This document shows positions 35,783-49,872 of a DNA stretch of 64,000 nucleotides, piece after piece. Source of the DNA: Podarcis pityusensis (taxonomy: Eukaryota); the NCBI GenBank assembly GCA_964106645.2, contig OZ067041.1. One strand, written 5' to 3'. The position numbers and the translations under genes are program-made. Numbering within the stretch: the first letter of the stretch is position 1; each line of letters begins with the position of its first letter. The notes beneath the pieces were generated by a model. The model was not told the DNA's origin. It was given only the letters and a program-made list of their open reading frames with translations, and made no database searches.

Positions 35783-38399
35783 ATGATAATAATTCCTCCA
35801 CCCATTTTGCCTCCAGCCCCACCCACTTTTTGCTTCTGGCACCACCACAGGCAGGCAGCCTTCAGATGGTCACCTGTGAGGGAAAGTGGCCTTCAGGCAC
35901 TTAAAGTTCCTCACCCCTCAGTGTACATGGTAGAGGAGAACAGGAAAATAGCCACATCAAGCAAAATCCAGTGCCTTCCAACAAAATGAAGGATCCTCCT
36001 TGGTGAACTGGTGCAATGCTGCAAGTCAAAGTGCAAGTATTTACTCAAAACAATGATCGCAGGTGCCAATGTTCATAGTCTAAGAAAGCCAAAAGATTCC
36101 TGATTATTTTATATTTGTGTAATTATGTTACTGTAACGTGACAGGAAAATTAATTCACAGCTTCTTTTTCTGGACAAAGTCAATGTGTTCTTCCATCCAT
36201 TCTAAATACTACTTTTTGGCCAAATAATGTGCCCTCTTGCTATCACCAAATTATTGGAAAAGTGCTGATTCTGAAAAGTGGTGAAAACATTTGCAGTACT
36301 AACATGCCTGTACTTGTATTACTACATTACAAAAGCATACAATTTGATCTAGTTCTAAGTGCCCTTAATAGTCCTGTTTGAGCAGCGTTCTAATATGCAG
36401 AATGGTATTCATTGATTTGGAATGATGTGTTTTGGGAAGTGAAATCCTGGGTAGTAATATTTCTTGATTCAATCTCCTTAAAGGAGGTAAAGACGTAAAG
36501 ATTTGAATTTCTAATGGGAAAGCAGTTCAACTGAATGAGCATATTAAACTTTGCTTATGCAAGCTTAACTAAGCATTAGTTGTATAACTGAATAGTGATA
36601 ATAAATCTGGAAATAGCTTTTCTTTATTAGTGTCACATACTGCAGTTAAAAGAATGATAGAAAAAAGGATGTGCGCTGCCTCATAAAAAAATGAAGGTCC
36701 AGGATGATCTTGTTTTCCATATTATTTATGACAGTCCCATGGCTCTGTTCCTAATTTTTGTATGTCCCGTTGCTTCCTGCTGAAACCCTGTAATTTGTTT
36801 GTTGTTGTTGCTTGTCCTGCTTTTGTTGCTTGGGAGTGCAAGAATGCCCCTCCAGATAGTAATATTATGCATCCACTGGGTAAGCATCGCAGAACAACTA
36901 ACAAAGTAGAATGGCACGTGGATGGTTCAGTCTAAACCCACCACCAGCACACAATTATTGCAGCCACAACATGTTGCAGAATGTACCAGTAAAACAGCGA
37001 CAACATGCCAGTCTACCTTAGACAGAAATATGTAGCTCAGTTCATTTTTCTTCATCGAACAGTCAGTAACAAAGGTATGCATTTTTGCTTATAAATTGTC
37101 CTCTCCCTAAGGGTTTAGGTCCTTGGTATTCAATGTGATGTGCAAGACGGGAAGGTTGCAGCCGCCTCAGCGGCACCACCCAAACTTCAGGTGACGGACT
37201 GTTCTGCTGTTTTCCTGAGGTACGAATCAGAGGTACAGACTGAATGTCCTTCCAGAAAGGTTGTGTGGAGAGCAGTCTGACTCCTAAGCAGAAAAAAAGA
37301 GAACTACAATAAAATAAAAGCATGTCTCTCTCGTCACACTGAGACACATGAGCCATTTTTAGTGAACTGACCCTTCTAAGTAATCAACCTTGATCCATCA
37401 TTTGTTACGCTTTTGTCACTTTTAAAAGAAACCATCTCAGCCTATTCATATCTCATCCCAGTTAATAATGGAAATAATCCTTAAGAACCACTTACAAAGG
37501 TACTTGCAGCGCAGTAGTTCAGTTTCCTCCCCCCACCCTTTGAGTCAGTTAGAAATAGGGGATGAGAAAAGGTAGATGAATTAAGCTCAATGGATTGATC
37601 TGATTTGTAAAAACCAAGTTCTATAAGATGGATAAGAAGGTGCTCCTGAAAATATGTTTCAAGAGGGAAAAATAGTTATGTGCTGAAACACCCCCCCACC
37701 CCCAAAGAACTTTCCAGAGTACAAACTGAATGGTACCTCTCTTTGTGGACAACATTACAGAAGATGGTTCCATCTCTATCACTAGGGATCTATTTAATAC
37801 CATGTAAATGTTTTGTTTGCCGCTCAGCTTTTAAGATGCTTTTATTACGAGGAGAATTAAAATTAATTCGCCACGTTATACAGTGTCTGCGCAAAAAGTA
37901 AAGAAAATGATCAGAGTCCTTAGACAATAGAGAATGAGTCATGACTAGAAAAAAAAGAAGACGACACGGCGGATTGTTTAATGTACCTAGCATAAGGGGA
38001 AAGTCTGCCGAGTGGAAGATTTACTGAACTACATAACATCAGCTTGAGTTACTATTATCAAAGCAGCACAGATGGCCAGACAAAGGAGCATATAATGAAA
38101 TAAATAAGAGAGAAACACTCAGTGATTTTAGAACAGATGTTAGCAAGCTCCTTAAATATTTCTAGAATAAATCTGTTGAATGGCCTGCTGTCATAATCAA
38201 AGCAATGTCATGGAGGATCTCAGGCTTACATTAGTCAAAGAACGGTGAGGTTAGATACTTGAAGTTTGGAGTACCTGCTATCACAGGTATGTGAGGTGTT
38301 TCTAATTCATTTAGCTACACAATGAGCTGGTTTGCACGGTATGGTAAGCCAAACTATGGCTAAGCAAAACCACACAATTATGGTGGGCTCTGCAGTGGA

Positions 38400-38770
38400 G
38401 CTCACAGCCCCTTTTGGTGGTCCTGCCAGTGGATATTGCAGGGTGTGTGTGGATAGCTAGGACCCCAGGCATAAACTTCTCTGTTGTGGCGCCATGTTTG
38501 TGGAACTCCGTACCTTTCAAGGTGTGCCAGGTGCCTTTGGTATTCACCTTTTTTGGGGGATCAGCTTTAGATGTATTTATTCACTCTGGCTTTTGGAGAC
38601 CTTTTAATGTCAGGTGCTGAGCCATTTGCTTCTGTGTTGTGATTATGTCTTGTAATATGGAAATTTAATTTATGTTCTTATTTAAATATGGTATCAATAT
38701 AATTGTATCTTATGGCTTTATCTGCAGCGTAAACCACTCTGTGATCTTTAAGGGCCTACAAATGTAAATT
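38400..38770 (+). mobile_element. Degenerate L2 LINE 3' end
   Basis: FSVVAPCLWNSVP motif. Confidence 0.55.
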
Positions 38771-39039
38771 AAATTCAATTTAAAAGTAATTTAAATGAAG
38801 CAAAATAGTTTAAGATTCAGGATTCAGAATAAGTCCCCCCCCCATAGCACATCATTGTGGAATTTGCTGTCACAATATATGGTGATAACCAATATCTTAA
38901 ATGGCTTTAAGTGGGATTAAACAAATAAAGTATCAATAACTATTAATGACGGCTGTACACTATTTTCCAATATCAGGCATGCCTCTGAATACCAACTGAT
39001 GGGAGCAACAGCAAGATATTTACAGTTAAACCCAAAATG

Positions 39040-39610
39040 GCCTAGAACCCTTGTACTTATGAGACTGCCTCTCCTGGTATGCCCCACAGAGGACCTTACG
39101 GTCCACAAACAATAACATCTTGGAAGTTCCAGGCCTCAAGGAGATTAGACTGGTCTCAACCAGGGCCAAGGCCTTTTCGGCTGTGGCCCCAGCCTGGTGG
39201 ACCGCTCTGTCGCAAGAGACCAGCGCCTTGCGGGATTTGACATCTTTCCGCAGGGACTGCAAGACAGAGCTGTTCCAACAGGCCTTTGGTCGGGGCCCAG
39301 TCTGACCCCCCCTCTTCTTTTTTGTTATAAGACCCAGTGTGTAAGTGGCCTCCCTAACCCTTTCCACCAGCTCATATAAGACCAGCACAAACAGTTGGGC
39401 CTGGTGAGCACTCAATGTTCCCCATCCCCTATAGTTATAATCTGTGGGTTGCCATCTGATTTTATTGATTTTAAGATGTATTTTAATCGATTGATTGATT
39501 TATGTTTTTAATGTATCATACTTTGATGTTAGCCACCCTGACCCCGGTCCTGGCTGGGGAGGGCGGGGTATAAATAAATATAATTATTATTTTATTTTAT
39601 TATTATTATT
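39040..39610 (+). mobile_element. L2-clade LINE 3' end
   Basis: ORF 39120-39305 (KAFSAVAPAWWTAL...SFRRDCKTELFQQAF) is a typical L2 ORF2 C-terminus; aataaa plus (TTA)n tail. Confidence 0.8.
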
Positions 39611-40568
39611 TAACTTTGTAGATGAACAAAGGCATAAAATAAAGAGTGTGACTGCAGTTTAGAGAGCCCCCATAGGTGTAAACCAAGTTTTCTGCATTGC
39701 ACAGAGGGGTGTACAACTTCTGTTCTGTCACTTATCACCCCCCCCCCCCAAGCAATAGCTACATTGCATCACAAATCACTTTCAAAACTTCCTGGAGTTT
39801 CAAAAGTAGCTGATCAAGTAGTGTGCACAGCTGCTCTTAGGAAAACAGAGTCCCACTACCCAGCTGGAACCTGCCACATGGTTTTGGGGATCATATGTAA
39901 AATCATTTCTTAGCAGCTGAAAATGGTTTGACTCACATGGTGCTAATATTTCTTAATGACATTAACAGCACAGAAGGAACCATCTAAATGGGTAAGAGGT
40001 TGCTATTTAATTGAGAAAGAGAAACACATGCATGCAGAGAGCTTTACATTTTAGCATTTTAACAAGACAAGCAACATTTGTTAAGGCCTATGAATTATCT
40101 TGAACATGAGGCTATTTAGTGTTTTATATTATACCAAGGAGTTTAGGAAAGATATTTAAAGTGTGGGTTTACAGTTCTGCTCACTTTAAGCATTGCCCCA
40201 GAATGCTTTAAATGGGCTCCTTAACTAATTTGTGATATTTGAGATAAATATGTAAACAGAATAGGAAGTACTGAAGGACACAATACTGTATGCTTGAAAT
40301 ACCAATGAGAGAGAGAGAGAGAGAGGATGTATGCATGGGATCACGTGTTCAGATGTTAAGTCCTGAGCATATAAAGTAGGATCTCTATGAGGAAGAATCT
40401 GGTTCTTCTGTGATTAAACATTATGGCTTGTGGCAAGTTAAGAGATCCTGCTCTTGAAGGCAGAATAACTTTTATATCATATCTAGAAAGATCAACAATG
40501 GACGTCCATGTCAAGAGAACTAGGTCAGAATGTAAAGATCAAGGGGGAGACAGAGCAGAAACCATTTA

Positions 40569-40794
40569 CAGTGGTACCTCAGGTTACAGACGCTTCAGGT
40601 TACAGACTCCGCTAACCCAGAAATAGTACCTTGGGTTAAGAACTTTGCTTCAGGATGAGAACAGAAATTGCGCAGTGGCAGTGCGGTGGCAGCGGGAGGC
40701 CCCATTAGCTAAAGTGGTGCTTCAGGTTAAGAACAGTTTCAGGTTAAGAACGGACCTCCAGAATGAATTAAGTTCTTAACCCAAGGTACCACTG
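40569..40794 (+). mobile_element. Tc1/mariner MITE, copy 3
   Basis: Same TIRs, TA flanks. Confidence 0.9.
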
Positions 40795-43700
40795 TATTGG
40801 ACAAGTAAAATGACTAGAGTCTCAGTTTAGGAAAAAATCGGGGTGATGCAAAACAATTTTTTGATGGACAGGTTGGCATCTATGAAAGTAAACATCCTTT
40901 CTGTGATTGATTCTAAAGTAAGTGGATATGTAGATACTCTTATGCAAAAACACAGACTAAGGCTTAGCCGTATGTCCTATCAGCTTGAAAGCGGAGGCGG
41001 AAAGAGCTGTGTAAACCAACCTTCAAAATTGCTGAGCTTGCTTAATATAGTATTTGCAATTAGCATCCCTTTCATCATTACTAGCAACCTTATGAAACAA
41101 AAACATTTTCGCAGATAAAAGAAAAGCACTGGGAATATTTTCCACGTAACATCACTGCAGCCGGGTCATAGAGGACATAGTCTTTGAAAAATTGAACATA
41201 GCTGTCTAAAAGTAAGTGAGAGAAACATTACACATGAAGCAAGCTAAGACAAGAAGACACAACACTTCTATCTAATGACACCTTCACTCAAGGAAAAGAA
41301 TCAAGTCTTGGAGAAAATGTAGTTAAAAGTCAATATAGATCAAAAACAAAGATGAGACTTATGGGACGAGAGATGATCCCCTTCAGTCCTTTCTTTCATG
41401 TATTCAGAGAATGTGTGAAGCAGGAGAAGGGGGTCCACAAGTTTGGGAAAAGGAAACCCTATGCACCCATAGATTATTCCATGTGATCAGGAAACTGAAC
41501 TGCAGCTGCATTCTTGCTGTCTTGCTGTGCACTGTGGTCTTCAGAAATAAAAGATACCCAGTCTTGAAGCCTGAAGCAGTCAGCAAATGCTGGACATTTC
41601 TCATCTCTGAATACTATATAGGTCCACAGCCTTTTCTCTCTGAAGTACTCTCTAGCTTACTACTTTGGCTGAATACCTGGTATGGATTGGTCTGCAGTCA
41701 ATCTCCTTGAACCATCCTAGGAACAAATCCATCATGAACACTACATCCATGCTGAGAATTATTCCTTTGCTTATCAAATTTTGAAAGCAATGCTCTTTGT
41801 AACGCACATTAGAATGACCAGAATTTTGTGGTGCACGCACTTTGGATTTGCAATCTATTTGCTTCCCACTGTAAACCATAAATCTCTCTCCACAGTGCTG
41901 AACCTTCACTGAAAGAGGGATTGGTATGATTTTCTATATTGCTATTAAGAATTGTGCCATGCAATCCTTTGATTGTTGGTATGGAACTGGAAGTTCACTG
42001 CAAATAAGTGTGCATAGGGTTGCTGTTACATTTTATCTTCTATAGGTCATTGAAAGGTCGTCTGCCCATCATGAGCAACTAGGTATATTGCAAGTAGGGA
42101 AGAACTTCCGAAGATCAAGGCTTAGATCTGCCACTTTTAAAATGGGAGTTACTGTAGGTTAACATAATGTACAACAGAAGGAGGATACACTGGCCCCATT
42201 TGATACAGTGAAGTACTTTAAAACCCTGTTTCAGTGTGAGAAATGTTATCCAGGTTTGTAACTCAATAAGAGAAAAATGTTTATTTTGAATGGATTGTGT
42301 TTTCTGTATAATAGTGCCAGGTCTATCTTAAATCTAAAAATGTACTGTCAGACTAGATGTGATGACACATGCAGCTTGGCTCCTCCTGAATGCATTTAAA
42401 ATGGGACAGGGGTGATTGAAAGCATAGGAAGCAGGGAACTGAATCTCTTCTCCTGCTCACGCTGCTTGCCCTAGAACTGTTGTCCCTAGCATCCCCCAGT
42501 AGAGATTATTTCCATAATGACTCAGTCTGTATGTAACACTAAGCCAAACCACTGTTTAGTGTGAATGAGCAAATGTGTAGCTTCCCAGAATGCAGAGCTC
42601 CACCCCAGTTCTGCTGCTGTTGTGCTACCAGGGACAAAGCCATGGTTTTTGTTTAGCATTGCATCTGAACCTGGGCTCATGAGTGGTAAACCAGGAACAA
42701 ACCTGGGCTTGTCTGGAGTGAGTCAATGCACAGTTAAATGGGAGTAAGATTATTGAATTTAATTTAGAAGAAAGATGCATAGGATAGGCCTAGTCTTGAT
42801 TGTGTATTCTGGATTGTGGCTTGTCCATGCTCTGAATGTTTAAAGAAGCTATTCTTTCGAAGTGATCAGTACATAAGATGGTGCTTTGTGCTCACATCAA
42901 CAAAAAGAAGAAGAATATTCCGCATGTAACACTCATGATCTGACCTTAGTAAAAGCCAATGGCATAAAAGTGTCATGCAAATATAGTAAGATGATGATTA
43001 ACAATAGATAATTAAGCATGTGGAATTCTTTGAAAACCAACAATGGCACAAAGCTTTCTTGAGAGCCAACTGTTTAACCTGAACCAGTGTTTGCTTATAG
43101 AACTGATTTGGCTGCCTGCTTCATTTACACAATAGTAACGGGGCAACAGGAGTTTTTACTGGAAACGCCATAGTGATGAAACTATTTTCAGCTCTGTTTC
43201 CTCCATCCTTAACAATCTAACAAAACAGAAGAGCAAAGGAGTGTGATCATGTTGCTATTCTTAGCCCCATGCCTAGACCTTGTAAAATATATACAAAGCA
43301 ACCAGATAAAGATTAACAATGGCAAAAAACAAGCCTTCACTTATTTTGAAACAATGATGGGAATGGAAAGCTCTCTCACTGTATTTGTGCAAGGAAGTAA
43401 ATGGGCACATTCTGTTCTATTGCGTGGGTGTGTATGCTCTGTATACTGAAGGTGTTTTAATCCTCTGATTCTCTCATTTTGCTGTTTTTGTACCTTTTTT
43501 TTGATCGGAAGATTTGAATTCTTACTTATTTGCTGTTTGTGTTGTAGTTTTGGGTTAAGCCATTTCAAAACGTATTTTATAAGGATCATTTTTCATGTTT
43601 GTCACTGTAATGTATTAGGATTTATATTGCTTTATCCTCCAGCAAACTTCCCTGTGGCCATTTCTAGTGAAGGGCAGTACAGAAATCTCAAAACAAATTA

Positions 43701-44077
43701 GACAAGTAAAATGCTGTTATTACTTTGGGGGGCCCCAGGCTGAAAACCCCAGGATGATGATGATGTTTCTGATGACATTGACAACAACCACCTTTTATAG
43801 GAGACTTACCAAATGAGACATATGGCAGAGTTCTAAGCATGTTCCCTTGGAGTTCCCACTCAATTAAATGGGTTTTACTCATAGCAAGTGTGTTTAGCAG
43901 TGAAGCTGAGTTTCTTCTTCCTGCTAGCAGTTTGATTGCTCATGCCCCCCCACAGAACCCAGTCTCTCACTTGAGGTCTATAGAACTAAAAGGAAAAAAC
44001 TCAGGTGTGTTTACTCAGAGATAAACTCCACTGAATGGAATGGGGCATCCTCCCTTGGAATAGTGTTTAAGAGTGTA

Positions 44078-44319
44078 CAGTGGTACCTCGGGTTACATAC
44101 GCTTCAGGTTACATACACTTCAGGTTACAGACTCCACTAACCCAGAAATAGTACCTCGGGTTAAGAACTTTGCTTCAGGATGAAAACAGAAATCGTGCTC
44201 CGGCAGCACAGCTGCAACAGGAGGCCCCATTAGCTAAAGTGGTGCTTCAGGTTAAGAACAGTTTCAGGTTAAGTACGGACCTCCGGAACGAATTAAGTAC
44301 TTAACCCAAGGTACCACTG
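44078..44319 (+). mobile_element. Tc1/mariner MITE, copy 4
   Basis: Same TIRs, TA flanks. Confidence 0.9.
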
Positions 44320-45226
44320 TAAGCTAATACTCTGATCTCAGGCATATTTATTTAGAAATAAGTGAGCCACTTTGTGTTACCGTTGGCCATGCTGGCTGGG
44401 ACCAGTGGCAGGTGGAGTCCACCATCATCTTGAGGGCCCCCCTGCTGACTACCTCTGGCTTTGGGTGTTTCTAGACAATTTACCATTTCCGAAACACTAT
44501 GCAGACTGACACACAGGCATCCGTCAACATTTTCACTTCTCTGTATTTTGCAGTGCACTTCTCCAGCCAAGTACTGGTAATGTGTACAAAAATGCACACC
44601 CTCAGAGGAAGTGTGCATAAAAAAATGCATGTATTAGTGAAAGTAGCAAACAAAAATGCATTCCATTAGGGAAATTATAACTATCAGGGAACAATGTGCT
44701 TTGCAAAAAGGTGCGTATTAGGCAAAATCGCTTCCCAAACTGTGCACGTTTGGAGAAATTTGCACTAAAGTGGATTTTTATGAGGATTTATGAAAAAAGA
44801 AGAAGAAAGGCAAACAGATGTGGAAATGTGGAAGACTAGACTGAAAAGGTTAGAAACTGAGAGAAACCAAAATTGACAGACTTGCCTATCCGTACCCCTG
44901 ATCTAGGTAATCAGTATATTGCCCAGAAACAGACACTGACAATTTTGAATGAGCAGTGTGGTGTCAATTGGGGGTCCAGTGACATCTTGTCCTTCCAAAT
45001 TGAAGCGGCCGTGTGAAGCACACTTTTCAAAAAGCAAGATGACCATAACCTATAGATTAGCCCTAAAACCAGTATTACAAAGACCCACATAAGTCATCAG
45101 TGGTCTCTCACTGGAAGAAATCTAAAGCCTGTTTGTTATGATGTTGGAATTTGTAAAGCCTGTTAACAAAATCGTGTCATTGTTCTTTTGAAGCCTTTAT
45201 GTGATGTGTGGTCGTGCATTTTTAAA

Positions 45227-45406
45227 ATCAATGCTGGTATACATATAGTTAACATGTGAGGCACTTTTTTTCTACTCACTGCAGGAATCCTTTAATATTT
45301 TTTAAGAGATTGTTTCTCAGCAATTCCTTTCAAATTAGTAAAGGATTCCTGGAGTGAGTAAAGGAAAAGCATCTCACATTTGAACTACATATTTACCAGT
45401 GTTGAT
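45227..45406. repeat. 180-bp ungapped palindrome (MER135-like ancient hairpin element)
   Basis: 86-bp arms with 66/86 complementary by manual count, 8-nt loop tttctcag. Confidence 0.75.
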
Positions 45407-47633
45407 CCCAGGAGGATGAGGATTATAGAAAGCTGTCTTGTACAAAGTCAGATTTGTTTATTTATGCAGCCTAGTGTCATGTACTCTGACTGACAGCAGC
45501 TCTCTATGCTCAGAAACACAGCGACTGCTGATTCATCTTTTTCTAAAGTGCAGATTGCAAATACAAGACCTGGCTGTGCTGTGAGATCCTCAAGCAGCTG
45601 GCCTTTTAAGCCTCACTGCCTGGTGGGGCAGACCAGTAGCCAATGCCTGGCCAGCCAGCAAGGCACTGCCCTCAAAGTGAGGCCTATGATTGGCCTATTT
45701 ATTGTTGCCCTCTTTGGTGAGAAGTGAGACCTCCCCTCAAATACCGGCTGAGGGGAATTCCCCAGCAACAGCCGGGCAAGCGAGCATGCTTTGGCTGCTG
45801 GGGAAGAAGGTGGAGTGTGAGGGACTACAACCATCGCCCCCGCCCATGGAAGTGGTGAGCTTATGTATGGGTCCATTATACCATGTTAAAGGCACAGCCC
45901 TTTTCTCCCTGCTTATTTGAGCTTGCCAAAGAAATGGATATGGCAGTACATTCAGGCTCCTTTGAAGATGATAAAATAGGAAGCATGTATATAAGGGCAA
46001 AGATCTCACCAACTGCTGGAACAGTAGAAGAGGTAGATGGAAAGAACCAGCCAAACTAGATCAAGTAGGTAGGCAGGTAAGTTAAGGGAGATCCTGGCAG
46101 CAAGAAACAAGAGTTGATCGCAGAGTTAACCTGTGGCTAAGGCAATAACTAGACCCAATAGCAGAAGATAGCATGGTGAGCTCAAATGGTTGAAAACGAA
46201 GAACCTATGACATCTAAGGTCAGGCTCTGATGCAGAAGTGACAGCAAGAAGCATCATATATCTAAGGCCTGCCATCCCAACAGGCCTGGCCTCAGCACCT
46301 GGCGTATTTGGGCAGTTGCCAGGGCCTTTGCACAGGACTAGCCAGTGACACATTTTTAATTTCACCACCCCCTTTTATCCCAAGTCTGAGCAGTATCTGG
46401 AACCTCAATCTAGTTGCCATTTTAATTTCCTAACATAGTTTCTCTTTGGGGCACTGCAAGGAATGAAAATGTTGCTGCTTGGAGTTCTACTGCCACCAAG
46501 CAAGTCAGTCCGGGGGCCCAAGAGCAAAGAAGAGAGAGAGCCAAGCAGAAGGCACTAAAACCTGCATTTGAAGACACATTATTCTTTTGCCCAAAACTGA
46601 CATGCCAATATTGGCTTCTCCCATTAGCTGCTCAGAACAGTTCAAACGTTACAGTTCAGAATATTTTTATTTCTTTATTTATTTCTAAGCTCTTTTGCTC
46701 CCCTGTTGACATTTTGACTGTCCTTGAGTCTCATTCAGATGAGGTCGCAAACCTGTTCTGTTCTGAAAGAAAAGGTCACGCAATGTGTTTCGCCAATGTT
46801 CTGTATCAGTCTAATCTCTTGCATGCTTTCATTGGTACACTGGTGTTATATCTCGGTGATCTGGAAAGAATGAGAAAAGAAAAGAAAGAAAAGGTGACAT
46901 ACTTTTCAAGGTTATACAAGCCAGAAAATACATAATGTAATTTGTTTTCTTTTTAAGGTGCATCCTAGTAACAGAGATTGATATAATAGCAAAAGGGGGA
47001 ATGGAGGAAAAACATAGCCCTTGCTTATCAAATTACCATTTCTTGTATCAGACTTGCACTTAAAAATCTTTCCAGAGAATTCTCTGTAGCAATATAGCTA
47101 CCTGCTAGCATTTCCACATCAAGTTCATTTACCCTTTTTTTCATTCAATAACCTTTCCTATGACTGGAAATATTTAATGTGTTATGTGACCAGCCGTTTT
47201 AAAGACAGAGCTGCAAATAACTTTATCCTTTGCTCTTTTGTCTATTCCTCCCCCACCCCCACCAGCCACCTAAGATGACGCTTGCAAAATTCCTGTTTTA
47301 CTTGAATACCCTGCATCTTCCTTTAGCATCCAAATAACAATTACTTTCTCTTTGAAACAAAGCCCACTAGAAAAAAATGTGACTGGAATGGCATCATCCC
47401 TGGGAGACAGTGCTGAATTGAAATTCTGTTCGCATAGGAACTTCTACAGAGGTTGCTATAGTGCTGCTGTTTGTCGTTCTGTAGTCAAAAGTCTATTTCT
47501 ACACACAGATCTCCTTGTTCAGGAGGCTTTTTGCTTGACTAGTGTTGAGTATTAGTGCAGGCTTAGCAGTGATCTCTTAAAACAGATAGTGTTCTTTTTA
47601 AATGCTGGGAGAAGACATTGAGTTTGTTCATGC

Positions 47634-47771
47634 CAGGAATGAAGAACCTGTCCCCCTGCAGTTGTTGTTGGACTACAACTCCCCCTATTTCCGATCATTG
47701 GCAGGGCTGCTTGGGGCTGATGGGAGTTGTAGTCCAGTGTCATCTGGAGGGGAGAAAGCTCCCCATCCCTG
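47634..47771. mobile_element. Degenerate hAT-type palindromic MITE
   Basis: ggactacaactccc / gggagttgtagtcc inverted arms. Confidence 0.7.
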
Positions 47772-48021
47772 GTTTGGACAATCAAACTAAGACCTAACTC
47801 ATACATTGTGAATGTTCACCATGAATAAGCATTATGAATTAAGATGTGAGTTCTTGTGATTGCCACCCAAGGATCCAAACAGTTTGAGCACCTCTCAGTG
47901 TGATGCTTAACTAGACATCTGCTTGGGTCTAGTGGCACCAACAAGAGTTGGGTTGGGTTTAACTACTTCACAATCTTTGTGTTGGGTTGGCTTCATGCAT
48001 ATGGTTAGACACTACTCCTAT

Positions 48022-48220
48022 TTGTGGCATAGTGGTTAGGGTGTTGGATTAAGACCTGGGAGACCAGGCTTCAAATCCCCACTCAGCCAGGATACTGTCT
48101 CTCAGCCTGACCTATCTGACAGGATTGTAGTGAGGATAAAATGGGGAAATGGGTGAACCATGCATTCTACTTTGAGGACCTTGGAGGAAAGGCAGGATAT
48201 AAATGTAATTAATTAATAAT
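48022..48220 (+). mobile_element. MIR/Ther1-derived (Squam3-like) SINE
   Basis: gtggcatagtggttag...ttcaaatcccc head, core and AT-rich tail. Confidence 0.75.
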
Positions 48221-49169
48221 AATATAGCCTGCTGGAATGGCTGCTGGTGAGTGTTGAGGGAGCAGCCTGGTGGGAGCTAGTCTTTTAGCAGAGAATATGG
48301 AGAAGCTCTGGAGTCCCATGTCTTTTTTTCCTCAACAGTCACACACTTTAAATTTCATTTGCTTTATATATCACAGACTCTTTATTTCATTTGCACACAG
48401 TGAGTAATTTACATTCCATTATGGTTTGGGCCTGCACAAATTGTGACCCACCACTGAACGCAACCCATCTGCCTTCAGTTGTGGCTTGCTGGCTGCTTCA
48501 TAACCCTGATCCTTTTAGCAGGCTGCAAAAACACAGGGGTCATTGAGCCACTGGTAAACTGCCATACGTGGCTTGTGGCTTATATTTGTGGGTTGTAAAT
48601 GATATTTATACTGATTCGGGCTTCATCCCTGAATGTGAAAAAATTGCATCAGTACTCCAAAAAATGTCAGGGTATTGAGAAATAGTTTTGCTAGAAAAGC
48701 AGATGGTGGGGTGGGTGGATGTTCAGCATCCTCCTTATGCTGCTGATTGAGTTCTGTGCACATGATTTGTACATATAAGAATCTTTGGCATTACCGCTAA
48801 GAAAATCTTCTGCTTTATATTATGGGTTTTCAGGGTAGACAGATCTAGGCACCTTCAAATTAATGATGGATGGGGTAAAGAAAGTTTGTACATTAAAAAA
48901 AGTAATTAGATTTGTTTTAATTTAAGGTGTTTTAAACTTACCATGAGCACTGGAAACTTGTTTTAAAATGTATATAATATGTGAGGCATGATGTGAACAG
49001 GAAGCTGCACTTTGTCAAAACATAGGCATTATTTCTTTACCAAATATATTGGCAGCAAAACTGATGCCCTTGCCTACCCAAGGGAAGAATTAATACTAAC
49101 CATTCAAAAGCAGTCCCAAAACTGCATACTGATTTTGAATGATAATTATAAAGATATATTCAGTGTAAT

Positions 49170-49872
49170 AGGGTGTATGTGGAGGGGTAGTACATCTGGT
49201 GGGGGGCACGTTGTGCTCCTTCTGGGGTAGTCTGTCCAACTTCGGTCCCAACCCTGCACTCAGCTCTCACCCGTGGCTCCTAGAAGTTGTCTGTATGCGA
49301 CAGCAGCCACACCCTGGGAACAACTTGAACTGGCTGGCTAAACCTAGTGAGGCTATCCAAAAAGTTTCCAACCCTCAGTGAGTTACGGGTTTCCCTTGCA
49401 TGTGAAGACAGGCTCTGGCAGACTGAGCTGACAGGATCAATGGTGGGTCCAATGGTCAAGAAGGTGGTTTCTGCATGTGTTGTAGAGGGAAGTGAGGGGC
49501 AGATGGGGTTAACCAGGGGAGGTAACCCATCTAGGAGAAGGAAAACTCTGATTCTAAACCTCTGCTGCCTTGTGGGATATCTTCAAGGGAAGAAATAGCT
49601 AAGGAATAAATCTTACACAAATCTGGACTGAAGTTTGTAAGATGGCACATTGTATACCTACTTCTGGCAACTCCTGCAGCCAAGCTTGTGCCAAATGTAT
49701 TGCTCTGCTTTCCTTTGGACCACATCAGCAAAGCCGAGAGGGGACATCTTGCCGCTTGGGTATCTCAGAACCTCCATACACACTGCCCAAGCTTGCGCCC
49801 TGGAGGGGTCACTTTGGTGCTGCTGACGCAGCAGTTTAATTTGACCCTCGGAGGCACACTCCATTGTCTCTT
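49170..49872 (+). mobile_element. Probable non-LTR retrotransposon 5' region (RTE/Vingi-like)
   Basis: GC-richer block with ggagaaggaaaactctgattctaaacc motif, recalled from RTE/Vingi 5' UTRs; no ORF support. Confidence 0.4.

Noticed and set aside
44078-44319. Repeated TCAGGTTA units as a CRISPR-like array
   Set aside because: Internal subrepeats of a eukaryotic MITE with TIRs; no unique spacers and no cas genes
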